A stretch of DNA of 64,000 nt from Chitinophagales bacterium. Its GTDB lineage: Bacteria; Bacteroidota; Bacteroidia; Chitinophagales; Chitinophagaceae. The notes beneath the pieces were generated by a model that did not search any database, was not told the DNA's origin, and saw nothing but the letters and a program-made list of their open reading frames with translations. Where the stretch lies: contig JBBQWL010000041.1 of the NCBI GenBank assembly GCA_038210625.1, positions 1,584 through 65,583 of the forward strand, written 5' to 3'. The translations under genes and the position numbers were made by a program. This document shows, one piece after another, positions 27,153 to 37,203 of the stretch; positions within the stretch are counted from its first letter, which is position 1, and every line of letters starts with the position of its first letter.

Positions 27153-28426
27153 TAAACAGCATTTAAAATTTGTTGCAACAGTTCGGCAAAAGTATAGATT
27201 TCTTCAAAGCTATTATATAATGGCACGGGCGCTACCCGTATGACATTGGGTTCCCTCCAATCTGCAAAAATACCGTTGGGCAACAACTGATCGAAAACTG
27301 CTTTTGCGTCTTTATGAATAGATAAAGAAACCTGGCAGCCACGTTCCTCCGGGTTGGATGGGGTGATGATCTCAAATTTTTCTACCGGCTGGTTGATATG
27401 ATTTAATATAAAAAATAAGTAGTCGCTTAGTGATTTACTTTTTTGCAGTAAGTTATCAAACCCGGCTGCAGCAAATACATCCAGCGATGCTTTGTGTGCC
27501 GCCAGTAGCATGATTGGCGGTGTGCTCATGGCCCAGCTTTCTGCTGTTGATGCAGGAGTAAAAGTAGGGCTCATCTTAAAGCGGTTGCTGGCATCGTTTC
27601 CCCACCAGCCTTCGAGTTTTTTTAGATTGCTCTTATTGATGTGCTGCTGATGTACAAAAGCACCGGCAATAGCACCGGGACCGCTGTTTAAATATTTGTA
27701 GTTACACCAGCAGGCAAAATCAACCTGCCAGTCGTGCAATTGTAGATTAATATTACCGGCGGCATGTGCCAGGTCGAAGCCTGCATAAGCGCCTGCTTCG
27801 TGCGCCGTTTTAGTAATGGCCTGCATATCGAAAACCTGCCCGGTGTAATAATTGATACCGCTGAACAAAACCAGTGCAACGCTGTCTTTGTGTTGTTCAA
27901 TAACCTCAGTAATGTCTTCGGTGGTAATGATTTCTGTTTCTGCTTTGGGAAACACTTCTATGATGGCATCAGCCGGATTGAGGCCATGTAATTTTACCTG
28001 CGATTGAAAGGCATATTGATCGGAGGGGAAGGCTTTTGCTTCGCAAATAATTTTATAGCGGGTGGCAGTTGGTTGATAAAACGTAAGCATTAATAAATGA
28101 AGATTTACGGTAAGATGGTTCATCGTTACCAGTTCCACTTCTTTTGCTCCAATGATATCACAAAGCAGCGGCGTGATTTTTTTTGAATACTGCAGCCATG
28201 GATCCTTGCCCAGGAAAAAACCTTCCACTCCAAAATTGGCCCAGCCTTCCATGATGGTCATTACTTCATCCTGCGTATTTTTGGGTTGTAGTCCCAATGA
28301 ATTGCCTAAAAAATAAATGGCGGGTTTACCCTGGAAATAGGGGAGGTAAAATTGTTCTCTAAAATGTCGCAACGTATCCTTGCTATCCAATGCCTGTGCA
28401 TACTCCAGAGAAAATTCATGCTGCAT
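27152..28426 (-). CDS. kynU: Kynureninase
   Basis: YFLGNSLGLQP, MNHLTVNLHL, FPSDQYA, FDLAHAAGN, WCNYKYLNSGPG, DWREPNVIRVAPVPLYN. Confidence 0.95.
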   Translation of the reverse strand: MQHEFSLEYAQALDSKDTLRHFREQFYLPYFQGKPAIYFLGNSLGLQPKNTQDEVMTIMEGWANFGVEGFFLGKDPWLQYSKKITPLLCDIIGAKEVELVTMNHLTVNLHLLMLTFYQPTATRYKIICEAKAFPSDQYAFQSQVKLHGLNPADAIIEVFPKAETEIITTEDITEVIEQHKDSVALVLFSGINYYTGQVFDMQAITKTAHEAGAYAGFDLAHAAGNINLQLHDWQVDFACWCNYKYLNSGPGAIAGAFVHQQHINKSNLKKLEGWWGNDASNRFKMSPTFTPASTAESWAMSTPPIMLLAAHKASLDVFAAAGFDNLLQKSKSLSDYLFFILNHINQPVEKFEIITPSNPEERGCQVSLSIHKDAKAVFDQLLPNGIFADWREPNVIRVAPVPLYNSFEEIYTFAELLQQILNAV

Positions 28427-28451
28427 GAGTATATTGTTTTAATTGTTTTTT

Positions 28452-28557
28452 GCCGTTACGGCGTTTAGACGTTTTTTGAACTTTTGGTTCAACATGCTTG
28501 CTATGAGGTCTTAATAGTAGTTTTATCTTTTTTAAAACGTCTTGACGCCTTAACGGC
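28452..28557. repeat. Inverted pair GCCGTTACGGCGTTTAGACGTTTT / AAAACGTCTTGACGCCTTAACGGC
   Basis: Arms at 28452-28475 and 28534-28557; third similar copy at 14937-14960. Confidence 0.7.
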
Positions 28558-29483
28558 TAATTAAATAAATTGGGATAATCTGAAATAATTCCGTCAACGC
28601 CGAGCGCTTTTAAATCATTTATTTTCTGTACATCATTCACCGTCCAGGGAATTACTTTAATGTTTTGCTGATGACATTTTTCAATCAAAGTTGCATTGAT
28701 CAGTGTATTTTCCGGACTGTAAATAGTGGGTGTAAATCCGAGGGCTTTTATTTGTTCTTCAAAAGTTCTTTTATCAAAACGCTCAATAAGCATAGCCGTT
28801 TTTATTGCAGGATAATGGATATGCAAATATTGCAGGCTCCTGAAATCGAAAGATTGAATGATGACCTGTTGCTCCATCTTTTTTTAGGTGATCACCTGCA
28901 TCAGCAGTTCAACAAAATCAGGTGGTGCCGGATGATTGATATTATCAGTTGCCGGCATGCACTTGGTTTCGATATTAAAAAACGGGTAAGGCCTTGTGCT
29001 GGTTGACATGTATTTTTTCACGCTGTCGAACACATCACTTAATAACGGTTTTGCAACCGCCATTTTTTGTTGCTGCGGAAAAAACGGGTGCGGTTTCAGG
29101 CCTACATCGTAAGTTTTGATAGATTCGTAATTCATCTGGTAGAGAATATAACTGTGCTCATCTTTTGCAGCTATAAAAGTACCGTCTGGTTTGGTTGTGA
29201 TATCGTGATTAAGAAATGGATCATGACTCAGAATTACCTGCTTGTCTTTACTGATGCTGGCATCCATTTCCAACGTGGTTACGCCTAGGTCTAACGCTTT
29301 CAGCATGGCAGGAATTGTATTCTCTGGCATCAAGCCACGGCAGCCGCGGTGGCCCTGTTTATCAAAGGCTGGTGCAGCTACAGAGGTCGATATTTTATTT
29401 GTACCTGACATTTTTTTGTTGGACGAGCAGGCAGCACACATCAATAAAATAAATGTTGCCGCTGATTTTATTAATGGTGACAT
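28557..29483 (-). pseudogene. Glycerophosphodiester phosphodiesterase (lipoprotein) interrupted by an in-frame TAA at 28884-28886
   Basis: 5' part has QGHRGCRGLMPENT, LEMD, NIETK; the same frame continues after TAA-AAA-AAG into MEQQVIIQSFD...PWTVND...GVDGIISDYP. Confidence 0.85.
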
Positions 29484-29554
29484 TGAATTAGCAGACTATT
29501 TTTTATGATAAAAGCTATTTCGGATTGAAAGCCAATGATGCCCAATGGTATGCG

Positions 29555-29578
29555 GTACAAGAGGGCGACGCAACAATG
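29555..29578 (+). repeat. Dispersed repeat core, degenerate copy 4 (GTACAAGAGGGCGACGCAACAATG)
   Basis: 17/19 match to GTACAAGAGTGCGACGCCA. Confidence 0.7.
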
Positions 29579-29620
29579 TACCACACAGCTTCCTGGCCCG
29601 GGCAAATATTTTTACTTTTT

Positions 29621-30715
29621 CTACTCAATCATTTCCACTATTTTGGTCGGCTCCATATTGGCATTTCGCATGGCAATACCACGGGTGGCAATAGCGGCAA
29701 AATCAATGAACGCTTTTTTTGTCAGTTCATCATCGCTCACCATAATTGGTACGCCGGCATCGCCGCCTTCACGAATGGATTGCACAATGGGGATTTGACC
29801 CAGAAAAGGAAGATCAAATTCTTCGGCCAGGTTTTTACCACCATTTTTTCCGAACAGGTAATATTTATTGTCGGGCAATTCTGCCGGGGTAAAATAACTC
29901 ATGTTTTCTACCAGGCCAATGATGGGCACTTTTAATTGTGCCTGTCCAAACATGGCGATGCCTTTTTTAGCATCGGCAAGGGCCACGGTTTGCGGCGTGG
30001 TTACTACAATAACGCCGGTTACGGGTACGGTTTGTACAACCGTCAAATGAATGTCGCCTGTGCCGGGTGGCATATCAATTACCAGGTAATCCAGTTCGCC
30101 CCAATCCACATCGCTTACAAACTGGCGGATGGCGCTGCTCACCATGGGGCCGCGCCAAACTACGGCTTGCTTTTCATCTACCAGTAAGCCAATGCTCATC
30201 ATTTTAATGCCATATTTTTCGATGGGTACAATCATGCCTTTGCCATCTACATCTTTCATTAAAGGGCGATCACCGCGAACGCCAAACATAATGTGCTGGC
30301 TTGGTCCGTAAATATCCGCATCCATTAAACCCACCCGGGCGCCGCTTTGGGCAAGTGCCAGGGCAAAATTGCTGGCTACGGTACTCTTCCCTACTCCACC
30401 TTTTCCGCTCACGACTGCAATGATATTTTTTACTCCACTGAGAACAGTTTTGGCATCTTTACGGTTGCTGCTGGTATTGCTGGTGAAATTTACTTTTACA
30501 ATGGCTTGCTTGTTGACCAGCAGTTTTACTGCATTGATGCAGGCGTTCATAATAAGGTCTTTAAGGGGGCAGGCCGGGGTAGTTAACACTACAGTAAATG
30601 ACACATCATTGCCATTGATTACTATATCTTTAACCATGTTAAGGGTTACCAGGTCTTTCCCCAAATCGGGCTCCTGTACATTACTCAAGGCCTTCAGGAT
30701 ATCGTCAGTTGTCAT
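29621..30715 (-). CDS. mrp: Mrp/NBP35 (ApbC) Fe-S cluster carrier ATPase
   Basis: N-terminal SufT/DUF59-like domain, SGKGGVGKSTV, DADIYGPS, WRGPM, DMPPGTGD, ENMS; TAATTTTG box at 30751-30758. Confidence 0.93.
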   Translation of the reverse strand: MTTDDILKALSNVQEPDLGKDLVTLNMVKDIVINGNDVSFTVVLTTPACPLKDLIMNACINAVKLLVNKQAIVKVNFTSNTSSNRKDAKTVLSGVKNIIAVVSGKGGVGKSTVASNFALALAQSGARVGLMDADIYGPSQHIMFGVRGDRPLMKDVDGKGMIVPIEKYGIKMMSIGLLVDEKQAVVWRGPMVSSAIRQFVSDVDWGELDYLVIDMPPGTGDIHLTVVQTVPVTGVIVVTTPQTVALADAKKGIAMFGQAQLKVPIIGLVENMSYFTPAELPDNKYYLFGKNGGKNLAEEFDLPFLGQIPIVQSIREGGDAGVPIMVSDDELTKKAFIDFAAIATRGIAMRNANMEPTKIVEMIE

Positions 30716-30887
30716 CAGTTCAATTTTTTGTTAAAAAGCAGTATCTGCCGCAAAATTAGCTATTGATACCCTTACTTTGTTTATTAATTAAGGAATGTTG
30801 TTATTTTTGAAAATACAAGTTTTTTTAACCAACTGTAACCGCTTTGCCAACTAGCCGCTGAGATATGCAGTAACTGAATTTTATTGA

Positions 30888-31529
30888 ATGAAAATATTTT
30901 TACGATACATTTTTATCTGTGCTTTATTTATTCCGGTTGCTGCAAAAGCTCAATTTGAAAATTTTAAGGACTCAGTGGTAGAGTTATACGGAGTTGTAAT
31001 GACTGCCGATAGTCTGCAGGCGCTGCCTTCCGTAAGCGTCGTAGAAAAATTGCAGGGTAGAGGTACCGTAACCAACAGCCAGGGCGTATTTAGCCTGGTG
31101 GTGTTAAAAGGAGAAAAAGTAGAATTTACCAGTGTGGGTTTTAAGCCTAAAACCATCACCATACCGAGGGATATAGAAGGCAATCAATACAGCGTGCTAC
31201 AGTTAATGGTGACAGACACCGTTTTTTTGGCTGCAACTATTATAAAATCCAGGCCCACGAGGGAACAATTTGAAAGAGATTTTTTAAAGACAAAAGTACC
31301 GGATGATAACCTGGAAGTTGCACGGCAAAACAATGATGAAAACCGAAGGCGGTTATTAATGTCATCATTACCAAGAGATGGCAGGGAAGCAGCAAATAAA
31401 TATCTTAGTCAGCAATCAGCAAAATATTATTACGCCGGCCAGGCACCTCCTCAAAATATTTTTAACCCTTTTGCCTGGGCTGATTTTATTAAAGCATGGA
31501 AAAGGGGTGATTTTAAAAAGAAGAATTAA
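30888..31529 (+). CDS. Secreted carboxypeptidase-like regulatory domain protein
   Basis: Signal peptide; GVV..ADS.QALPSVSV, GTVTNSQGVFS, EFTSVGFK. Confidence 0.75.
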   Translation: MKIFLRYIFICALFIPVAAKAQFENFKDSVVELYGVVMTADSLQALPSVSVVEKLQGRGTVTNSQGVFSLVVLKGEKVEFTSVGFKPKTITIPRDIEGNQYSVLQLMVTDTVFLAATIIKSRPTREQFERDFLKTKVPDDNLEVARQNNDENRRRLLMSSLPRDGREAANKYLSQQSAKYYYAGQAPPQNIFNPFAWADFIKAWKRGDFKKKN

Positions 31530-31732
31530 GCAGTTGCCAGGTCTGTCGACAGCTGGTATACCGGTGATGTCATGATGTTTCTTGTATGTTTTAGCGGTCT
31601 GCTCATATCTTCAAAAGAAAAAATTTCAGATCTACGCACTGCGATCTCTTAGCCATTGTATTCCACTTTCTTTTACAATTTATTCCGGTAAATTTGCTTT
31701 GTTTTTATCAGGAAAAACGATAATAAATTAGC

Positions 31733-32248
31733 ATGACTTGTTTTTTAATTGGTTTTATGGGAAGCGGTAAAACGCATTGGGGTAAAATATGGTCCCGGGT
31801 TTCGGGTTTTACTTTTGTTGATCTGGATGAAGCGATCGAAAAGAAGGAAGGAAAATCAATTGCAGATATATTTGAACAAAAGGGCGAAAAATATTTTAGA
31901 AAAATAGAAGCCAAAGCACTTCGTAGTTTAGCAGGTTTAAATAATACTATTATTGCATGCGGTGGTGGCACACCCTGTTTTTTTGAAAATATGCAATGGA
32001 TGAATGAATACGGAATGACCATTTACCTTAAAACTACCGGTCCACAAATTTTAGAAAGGGTTTTATTGGAGCAGGAAAAAAGGCCCTTGCTGAAAAAAAT
32101 GAACCCAGCAGAGCTGCTATTTTTTATTGAACAAAAACTAAAGGAAAGAGCGCCTTTTTACAATGCCGCAACACAAATACTGGCTACAGAACATCTTTCG
32201 GAACAAACTTTTGGAAAACTGTTGGGTACATTAAAAGCCTCGTCATAA
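31733..32248 (+). CDS. aroK: Shikimate kinase
   Basis: LIGFMGSGKT, DLDEAIE, FRKIE, CGGGTPC, RPLL; TAAATTTG box at 31689-31696. Confidence 0.93.
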   Translation: MTCFLIGFMGSGKTHWGKIWSRVSGFTFVDLDEAIEKKEGKSIADIFEQKGEKYFRKIEAKALRSLAGLNNTIIACGGGTPCFFENMQWMNEYGMTIYLKTTGPQILERVLLEQEKRPLLKKMNPAELLFFIEQKLKERAPFYNAATQILATEHLSEQTFGKLLGTLKASS

Positions 32249-32259
32249 AATTTATTTTC

Positions 32260-32655
32260 ATGCAGAAAAGATTTATACAAGCCGCTGCATTAGTGGGTGC
32301 ATTGTCAGTTATACTAGGTGCCTTTGGTGCACATGCCCTTAAAGAAATGATCAGTGAAAAAAGCCTGGCTATTTTTGAAACAGGGGTGCGGTACCAATTC
32401 TATCATGCGGTAGCATTGTTGCTGACCGGTATTTTATATAAAGAGTTTACAAATAAATATGTTTTGTGGGCAGGGCGGTTATATGGACTGGGCATGTTAC
32501 TTTTTTGCGGCTCGCTCTATTTTCTGGCCCTTGTTAACCTTTCGGCACAGCCGGGTTTAAAAGCGATTGGAGCAGTTACACCACTGGGCGGACTTTGTTT
32601 TATTGCAGGCTGGGTTTTACTGGCAGTGGGTGCAGGTAAAGGGGCTAAGCAATAA
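32260..32655 (+). CDS. DUF423 family membrane protein
   Basis: VILGAFGAHAL, FETGVRYQFYHA, FCGSLY, TPLGGLCFIAGW. Confidence 0.9.
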   Translation: MQKRFIQAAALVGALSVILGAFGAHALKEMISEKSLAIFETGVRYQFYHAVALLLTGILYKEFTNKYVLWAGRLYGLGMLLFCGSLYFLALVNLSAQPGLKAIGAVTPLGGLCFIAGWVLLAVGAGKGAKQ

Positions 32656-34552
32656 CCGTTGTGTACAAAGTTACCAGGGTACCATTATTATTTTCAATAG
32701 AAAAGTCTATTCCGGATTTTGACATTCGCTGCTTCATATTCTTTAATCCGTTGCCGAAGCGGCGTAAATTTTCGAAATCAATACCCACGCCATTGTCATG
32801 AATATGGAACGAAATACGCTCTTGTTCCCGCTTTAATGTAAGTGTAACTTCGGTTGCATTGGCATGTTTTAAAATATTGTTGAGCGCTTCTTTCACCACT
32901 AAAAAAACATTGCGCCTTATTTCTCCATTCACTACAAACTCTGGTAAATTGGTATCGATATTTACAGAACAGCTAACCCCCGTGTTTTCAAAATATTCAA
33001 TGGCATAGCTCCGGATATACGCCACCATATTTCCAAATGAATCATTGCTGCTGTTCATCGTCCAAATGATTGTGTTCATGTTGTTCAGCAGTTCATTGGC
33101 GGAGAAAGAAATTTTTTCAATTTCAGGAATGGTATTGTTTCCCAACCTGCTTTTTGCCAGTTCGCTGAAAAGGCGGATAGCGGTTACACCCGCGCCGAGA
33201 TCATCATGCATATCTGTGCTGATGCGGTTTCGCTCATCCTGCTGCGCATTCAGTATCGCCAGTTTTGATTCAAAAATTTGTTTTTCGGCCTCCAGTTTTA
33301 ATGCTTCCTGTTCCTTGATTTTTTCAATGAGTTCAATACGGTTTTTATAAGTTAACCCCAGCAGGAAAAAAATAAGTTCACACACAATGCCGAGTTCATA
33401 ATACAATAGGGCGCTTGTATATATGCTGATTGCCGGCCTGACCGGGAATATAATCAGCACAAAAGAAATGATAGAGAAAAAGATTAAAATGCCATTACCG
33501 ATTGCCAGGTAATTGATCAATTTGTCTTTTTGTTTAAAGCCGATGATTACATACAATATGCCAATGCCAAGGCAAATTATTTTTGTACTGTTTTCCAATA
33601 AACCTGTCAACCAGAAATTGCCTAAAAAAAAATAGGTATAACTGTAGATGGCTAAAAGTACTATTAACAATCGTTCTTCGTAATAGAAAATTTTATTTAA
33701 CAGCGGGTAGTTGGTAGCTGTATTCAAAAATTTTCGGGTAAATGCGATATAAAAAACGGTACCGGTCACTAATACCGCAAAGCCAAGATATCCCATAAAA
33801 AAACTTGAAAACACGCCGCTTCTTCTTTCTGTGTAGGTATTAAAATAGATAAGTATAAACATACAAATTGCATAGAAGCAGTTATATAAAAATTCCTTCT
33901 TTCTGTTTACACTAAAATTGGCGCCATTAAAAAATATCATCATCAGCAACAGTCCACTCAGCAAATAACCAATCACCAGTTCATTGTAATTTGAAGTATA
34001 TAATATTTTTTGGTATTTGGTGAGATAAGTTTTTTGGATGAGCTGAAGGGAAAGTGAGTTGAATTTTCTTTTCGAAAAATGCAGTTCAGCTAAATAGCTT
34101 GTTTTCTCAAAAGGCGAAAGAAGAATTGGTTGAAATCCATCTTCTTCACTTTCGTCTTTTAGGTCTATGAAATTACCCGTGGCGGATATTTTGCTCAGTG
34201 TAATACTGCGAAATGAATTGCCTGGATATAAATAAACAGTGTCCTGTACTGCGGCACTATTTTGCAGTGTAAACTTTACGTACACGGTTCCATTAATCCA
34301 ACTGTAGGGTATTAATTTGTTGGCTTTAAAATCGGCGATACTTTTCCATTGTTGCTGCAAAATATTTTCAGGTTTTACGGCATTGTCGGAGTCTATCAGT
34401 ATATCGCATTTATTCCTGATGGAATAAGAGTCTTTAAATAATGAAACATCTGTGGCAAAGCTGTCAGCAAGGGATTGGCCCATTGTACTGGCATAAAAAA
34501 ATATAATTGCAAGGATGCAAATTAGTTTCCTCAATTGCGTAGGTTTTTCCAA
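32645..34552 (-). CDS. 7TM-DISM-type sensor histidine kinase (HisKA_3/NarX-like)
   Basis: Extracytoplasmic N-terminal domain, multiple TMs, ERNRISTDMHDDLG H-box, KEALNNILKHA, IHDNGVG, GNGLKNM. Confidence 0.85.
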   Translation of the reverse strand: MEKPTQLRKLICILAIIFFYASTMGQSLADSFATDVSLFKDSYSIRNKCDILIDSDNAVKPENILQQQWKSIADFKANKLIPYSWINGTVYVKFTLQNSAAVQDTVYLYPGNSFRSITLSKISATGNFIDLKDESEEDGFQPILLSPFEKTSYLAELHFSKRKFNSLSLQLIQKTYLTKYQKILYTSNYNELVIGYLLSGLLLMMIFFNGANFSVNRKKEFLYNCFYAICMFILIYFNTYTERRSGVFSSFFMGYLGFAVLVTGTVFYIAFTRKFLNTATNYPLLNKIFYYEERLLIVLLAIYSYTYFFLGNFWLTGLLENSTKIICLGIGILYVIIGFKQKDKLINYLAIGNGILIFFSIISFVLIIFPVRPAISIYTSALLYYELGIVCELIFFLLGLTYKNRIELIEKIKEQEALKLEAEKQIFESKLAILNAQQDERNRISTDMHDDLGAGVTAIRLFSELAKSRLGNNTIPEIEKISFSANELLNNMNTIIWTMNSSNDSFGNMVAYIRSYAIEYFENTGVSCSVNIDTNLPEFVVNGEIRRNVFLVVKEALNNILKHANATEVTLTLKREQERISFHIHDNGVGIDFENLRRFGNGLKNMKQRMSKSGIDFSIENNNGTLVTLYTTVIA

Positions 34553-34640
34553 ACGTACAGCTTTTCGTTGATATCTTTTTATACTCCGGCAATCAAATTC
34601 TGTAATGTTACAGTAATGGATTTATATATCTTTGTCTGTA

Positions 34641-37199
34641 ATGGCAAGTAAAGTAAAATCAGGTAAATCCAAAGCCGCCGGCAAGGAAGGATTAAAAGCA
34701 GAAACCGAGGAAAAGGTAGTGGTGAAAGAACTGCTGAAGGATGAACGTACACGTAAAATAACAGGCACCATATTGTTGCTACTGGCGTTTTTATTTTTTA
34801 TAGCATTTACTTCTTACCTGTTTACATGGCAGGAAGACCAGGATAAAGTTTTTCTGCATGGCTATAAACTGCTGCTCGGTACAGATGCTAAAGTGAGTAA
34901 CCTCCTGGGTACTTTCGGAGCTTTTATATCGCACTTTTTTATTTACAAAGGTTTTGGTATCGCATCTTATTTTATCTGCAGTTTATTTTTTGTTGCCGGC
35001 GCTAATTTGTTTTTTGGTAAGAAAATATTTTCAGTCCGTCGCAATGTTAAATACGTTATTACCGGGCTTGTCATTCTGAGTGTAACAGCGGCTGTGATCA
35101 TGAATGGCAAAGGTTTTCCATGGGGCGGAGCAGTTGGAAATATGGTAAGAGACTGGATGTATAAAACGATTGGTAAAATTGGTACGCTGGCCGTGTTAGC
35201 GGTTTCTGTGCTTGTGTATGTTATCTGGCGCTTTAACCCGGTGTTTGCTTTGCCATCTAAAAAAATGTACACGGCTGCGGGTGATGAGGAAGAGGCTGAG
35301 GATGCTTCGGATGCTACTGACGCAACAGTAATAGCGGTGCCGGAAGAAATAATTAAAAACCCCAAAGGAAATAAAGTAAAAGGAGATGCCGGAATGCTAA
35401 ATATCCCTTTAGAAGTAAATCCCGGCATGAATCACGATTTACATATTGTTGAAAAGGATTTACCCGTAGCCACTAAACCATCTGCCATCAATTTTGCAAG
35501 AGAAGAAGATAGTTTTGCAGAAGAGGCAAAGCTATTTATACAAGATGCCGCAATTGATAAAGCTGGCAATTTAAAAAGGGAAGCAAAAATTGAAAACGAT
35601 CCCTCGCTTGAACTGGAAATAAAAACTGTTCCGGAGCCCGCGGTAGAACCGGCGAATGTTACAGCCAGTCAAACAAAGTCCACAGGCATTAATACTCCTT
35701 ATGACCCAATACTGGATTTACGGGATTATAAATATCCGCAGCTTGATTTACTGGAAGCGCACGGCAGCGAAAAGATAGTGCAGGACCCAGCCGAACTGGA
35801 AACCAATAAAAACCAGATCATCAATACCCTTAAAAATTATGACATCAATATTCAGAAAATTTATGCAACCGTAGGGCCTACGGTTACGTTGTATGAAATT
35901 ATACCGGCAGCTGGTGTGCGTATATCACGAATCAAAAATCTGGAAGATGATATCGCTTTAAGTCTTGCTGCGTTGGGTATCCGCATCATTGCGCCTATCC
36001 CCGGAAAAGGCACGATTGGTATTGAAGTGCCCAACGCTAAAAAAACGATCGTAAGTATGCGGACTTTACTGGACACAGATAAGTTCCGGCAAAATAATTT
36101 TTCATTGCCGATCGCCATCGGTAAAAAAATCAACAACGAAAATTTTATTGTTGATCTCGCCAGCATGCCGCACTTGCTGATGGCGGGTGCTACCGGACAA
36201 GGTAAATCTGTAGGTTTAAATGCCATCCTTGTTTCGTTGCTGTACAGCAAACATCCATCGCAGTTAAAATTTGTATTGGTTGATCCCAAGAAGGTTGAAT
36301 TGAGTATTTATAAAACCATTGAAAAACATTTCCTCGCAAAATTGCCTGGCGAAGAAGATGCTATTATTACAGATACAAAAAAAGTAGTGCATACGCTCAA
36401 TGCTCTTTGTATTGAAATGGATAACCGCTATGATTTGCTGAAGGAAGCCGGTTGCCGTAACATAAGAGAATACAATGAAAAGTTTGTTGCCCGTAAATTA
36501 AACCCAGAAAAGGGGCACCAGTTTTTGCCATTTATTGTTTTGGTCGTAGATGAGTTTGCTGATTTGATCATGACGGCTGGGAAGGAAGTGGAAATGCCAA
36601 TTGCAAGACTGGCGCAGCTTGCAAGGGCGGTAGGGGTTCACTTAATCATTGCAACCCAGCGGCCCAGTGTGAATATTATCACGGGAACCATCAAAGCTAA
36701 CTTCCCTGCAAGGATTGCTTTTAAGGTGAGTAGCAAGATAGACAGTCGCACCATTTTAGATGCCGGTGGTGCAGAGCAATTAATAGGAAAAGGGGATATG
36801 CTGATTAGTTACAATGGTGAGCTCGTGCGTTTGCAGTGTGCATTTGTGGATACACCTGAAGTAGATAAAATTGTAGATTTTATCGGCGATCAGCGGGGGT
36901 ATGCCCAGGCCTTTTTATTGCCGGAATATGTGGATGAAAAGGAAATGGAAGGAAAAGATTTTGACCTCAATGATAAAGACGCCCTGTTTGAAGATGCGGC
37001 CCGATTAATAGTAGCCAGCCAGAGTGGAAGCACCTCTTTACTGCAACGCAGAATGAAACTTGGGTACAACCGTGCAGGCCGTTTAATGGATCAGCTGGAG
37101 GCTGCAGGTGTGGTAGGGCCGAACCAGGGAAGTAAGGTTAGGGATGTATTAATAAAAACAGAGGCGGATTTGCAGATGTACCTTGATAGCTCCCTTTAA
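34641..37199 (+). CDS. ftsK: DNA translocase FtsK
   Basis: N-terminal TMs, HLLMAGATGQGKS, VDPKKVEL, VVDEFADL, ATQRPSV, gamma domain SLLQRRMKLGYNRAGRLMDQLE; ATG 6 nt after TATCTTTG. Confidence 0.96.
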   Translation: MASKVKSGKSKAAGKEGLKAETEEKVVVKELLKDERTRKITGTILLLLAFLFFIAFTSYLFTWQEDQDKVFLHGYKLLLGTDAKVSNLLGTFGAFISHFFIYKGFGIASYFICSLFFVAGANLFFGKKIFSVRRNVKYVITGLVILSVTAAVIMNGKGFPWGGAVGNMVRDWMYKTIGKIGTLAVLAVSVLVYVIWRFNPVFALPSKKMYTAAGDEEEAEDASDATDATVIAVPEEIIKNPKGNKVKGDAGMLNIPLEVNPGMNHDLHIVEKDLPVATKPSAINFAREEDSFAEEAKLFIQDAAIDKAGNLKREAKIENDPSLELEIKTVPEPAVEPANVTASQTKSTGINTPYDPILDLRDYKYPQLDLLEAHGSEKIVQDPAELETNKNQIINTLKNYDINIQKIYATVGPTVTLYEIIPAAGVRISRIKNLEDDIALSLAALGIRIIAPIPGKGTIGIEVPNAKKTIVSMRTLLDTDKFRQNNFSLPIAIGKKINNENFIVDLASMPHLLMAGATGQGKSVGLNAILVSLLYSKHPSQLKFVLVDPKKVELSIYKTIEKHFLAKLPGEEDAIITDTKKVVHTLNALCIEMDNRYDLLKEAGCRNIREYNEKFVARKLNPEKGHQFLPFIVLVVDEFADLIMTAGKEVEMPIARLAQLARAVGVHLIIATQRPSVNIITGTIKANFPARIAFKVSSKIDSRTILDAGGAEQLIGKGDMLISYNGELVRLQCAFVDTPEVDKIVDFIGDQRGYAQAFLLPEYVDEKEMEGKDFDLNDKDALFEDAARLIVASQSGSTSLLQRRMKLGYNRAGRLMDQLEAAGVVGPNQGSKVRDVLIKTEADLQMYLDSSL

Positions 37200-37203
37200 C
37201 AAT

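Noticed and set aside
28884-28886. Programmed recoding (Sec/Pyl readthrough) in the glycerophosphodiesterase
   Set aside because: The codon is TAA, not TGA or TAG, it is not at a catalytic position, and no SECIS-like hairpin is evident
31530-31732. Small ORFs or transposase remnant between the carboxypeptidase-like gene and aroK
   Set aside because: Minus-strand frames are under ~40 codons with no recognisable motif
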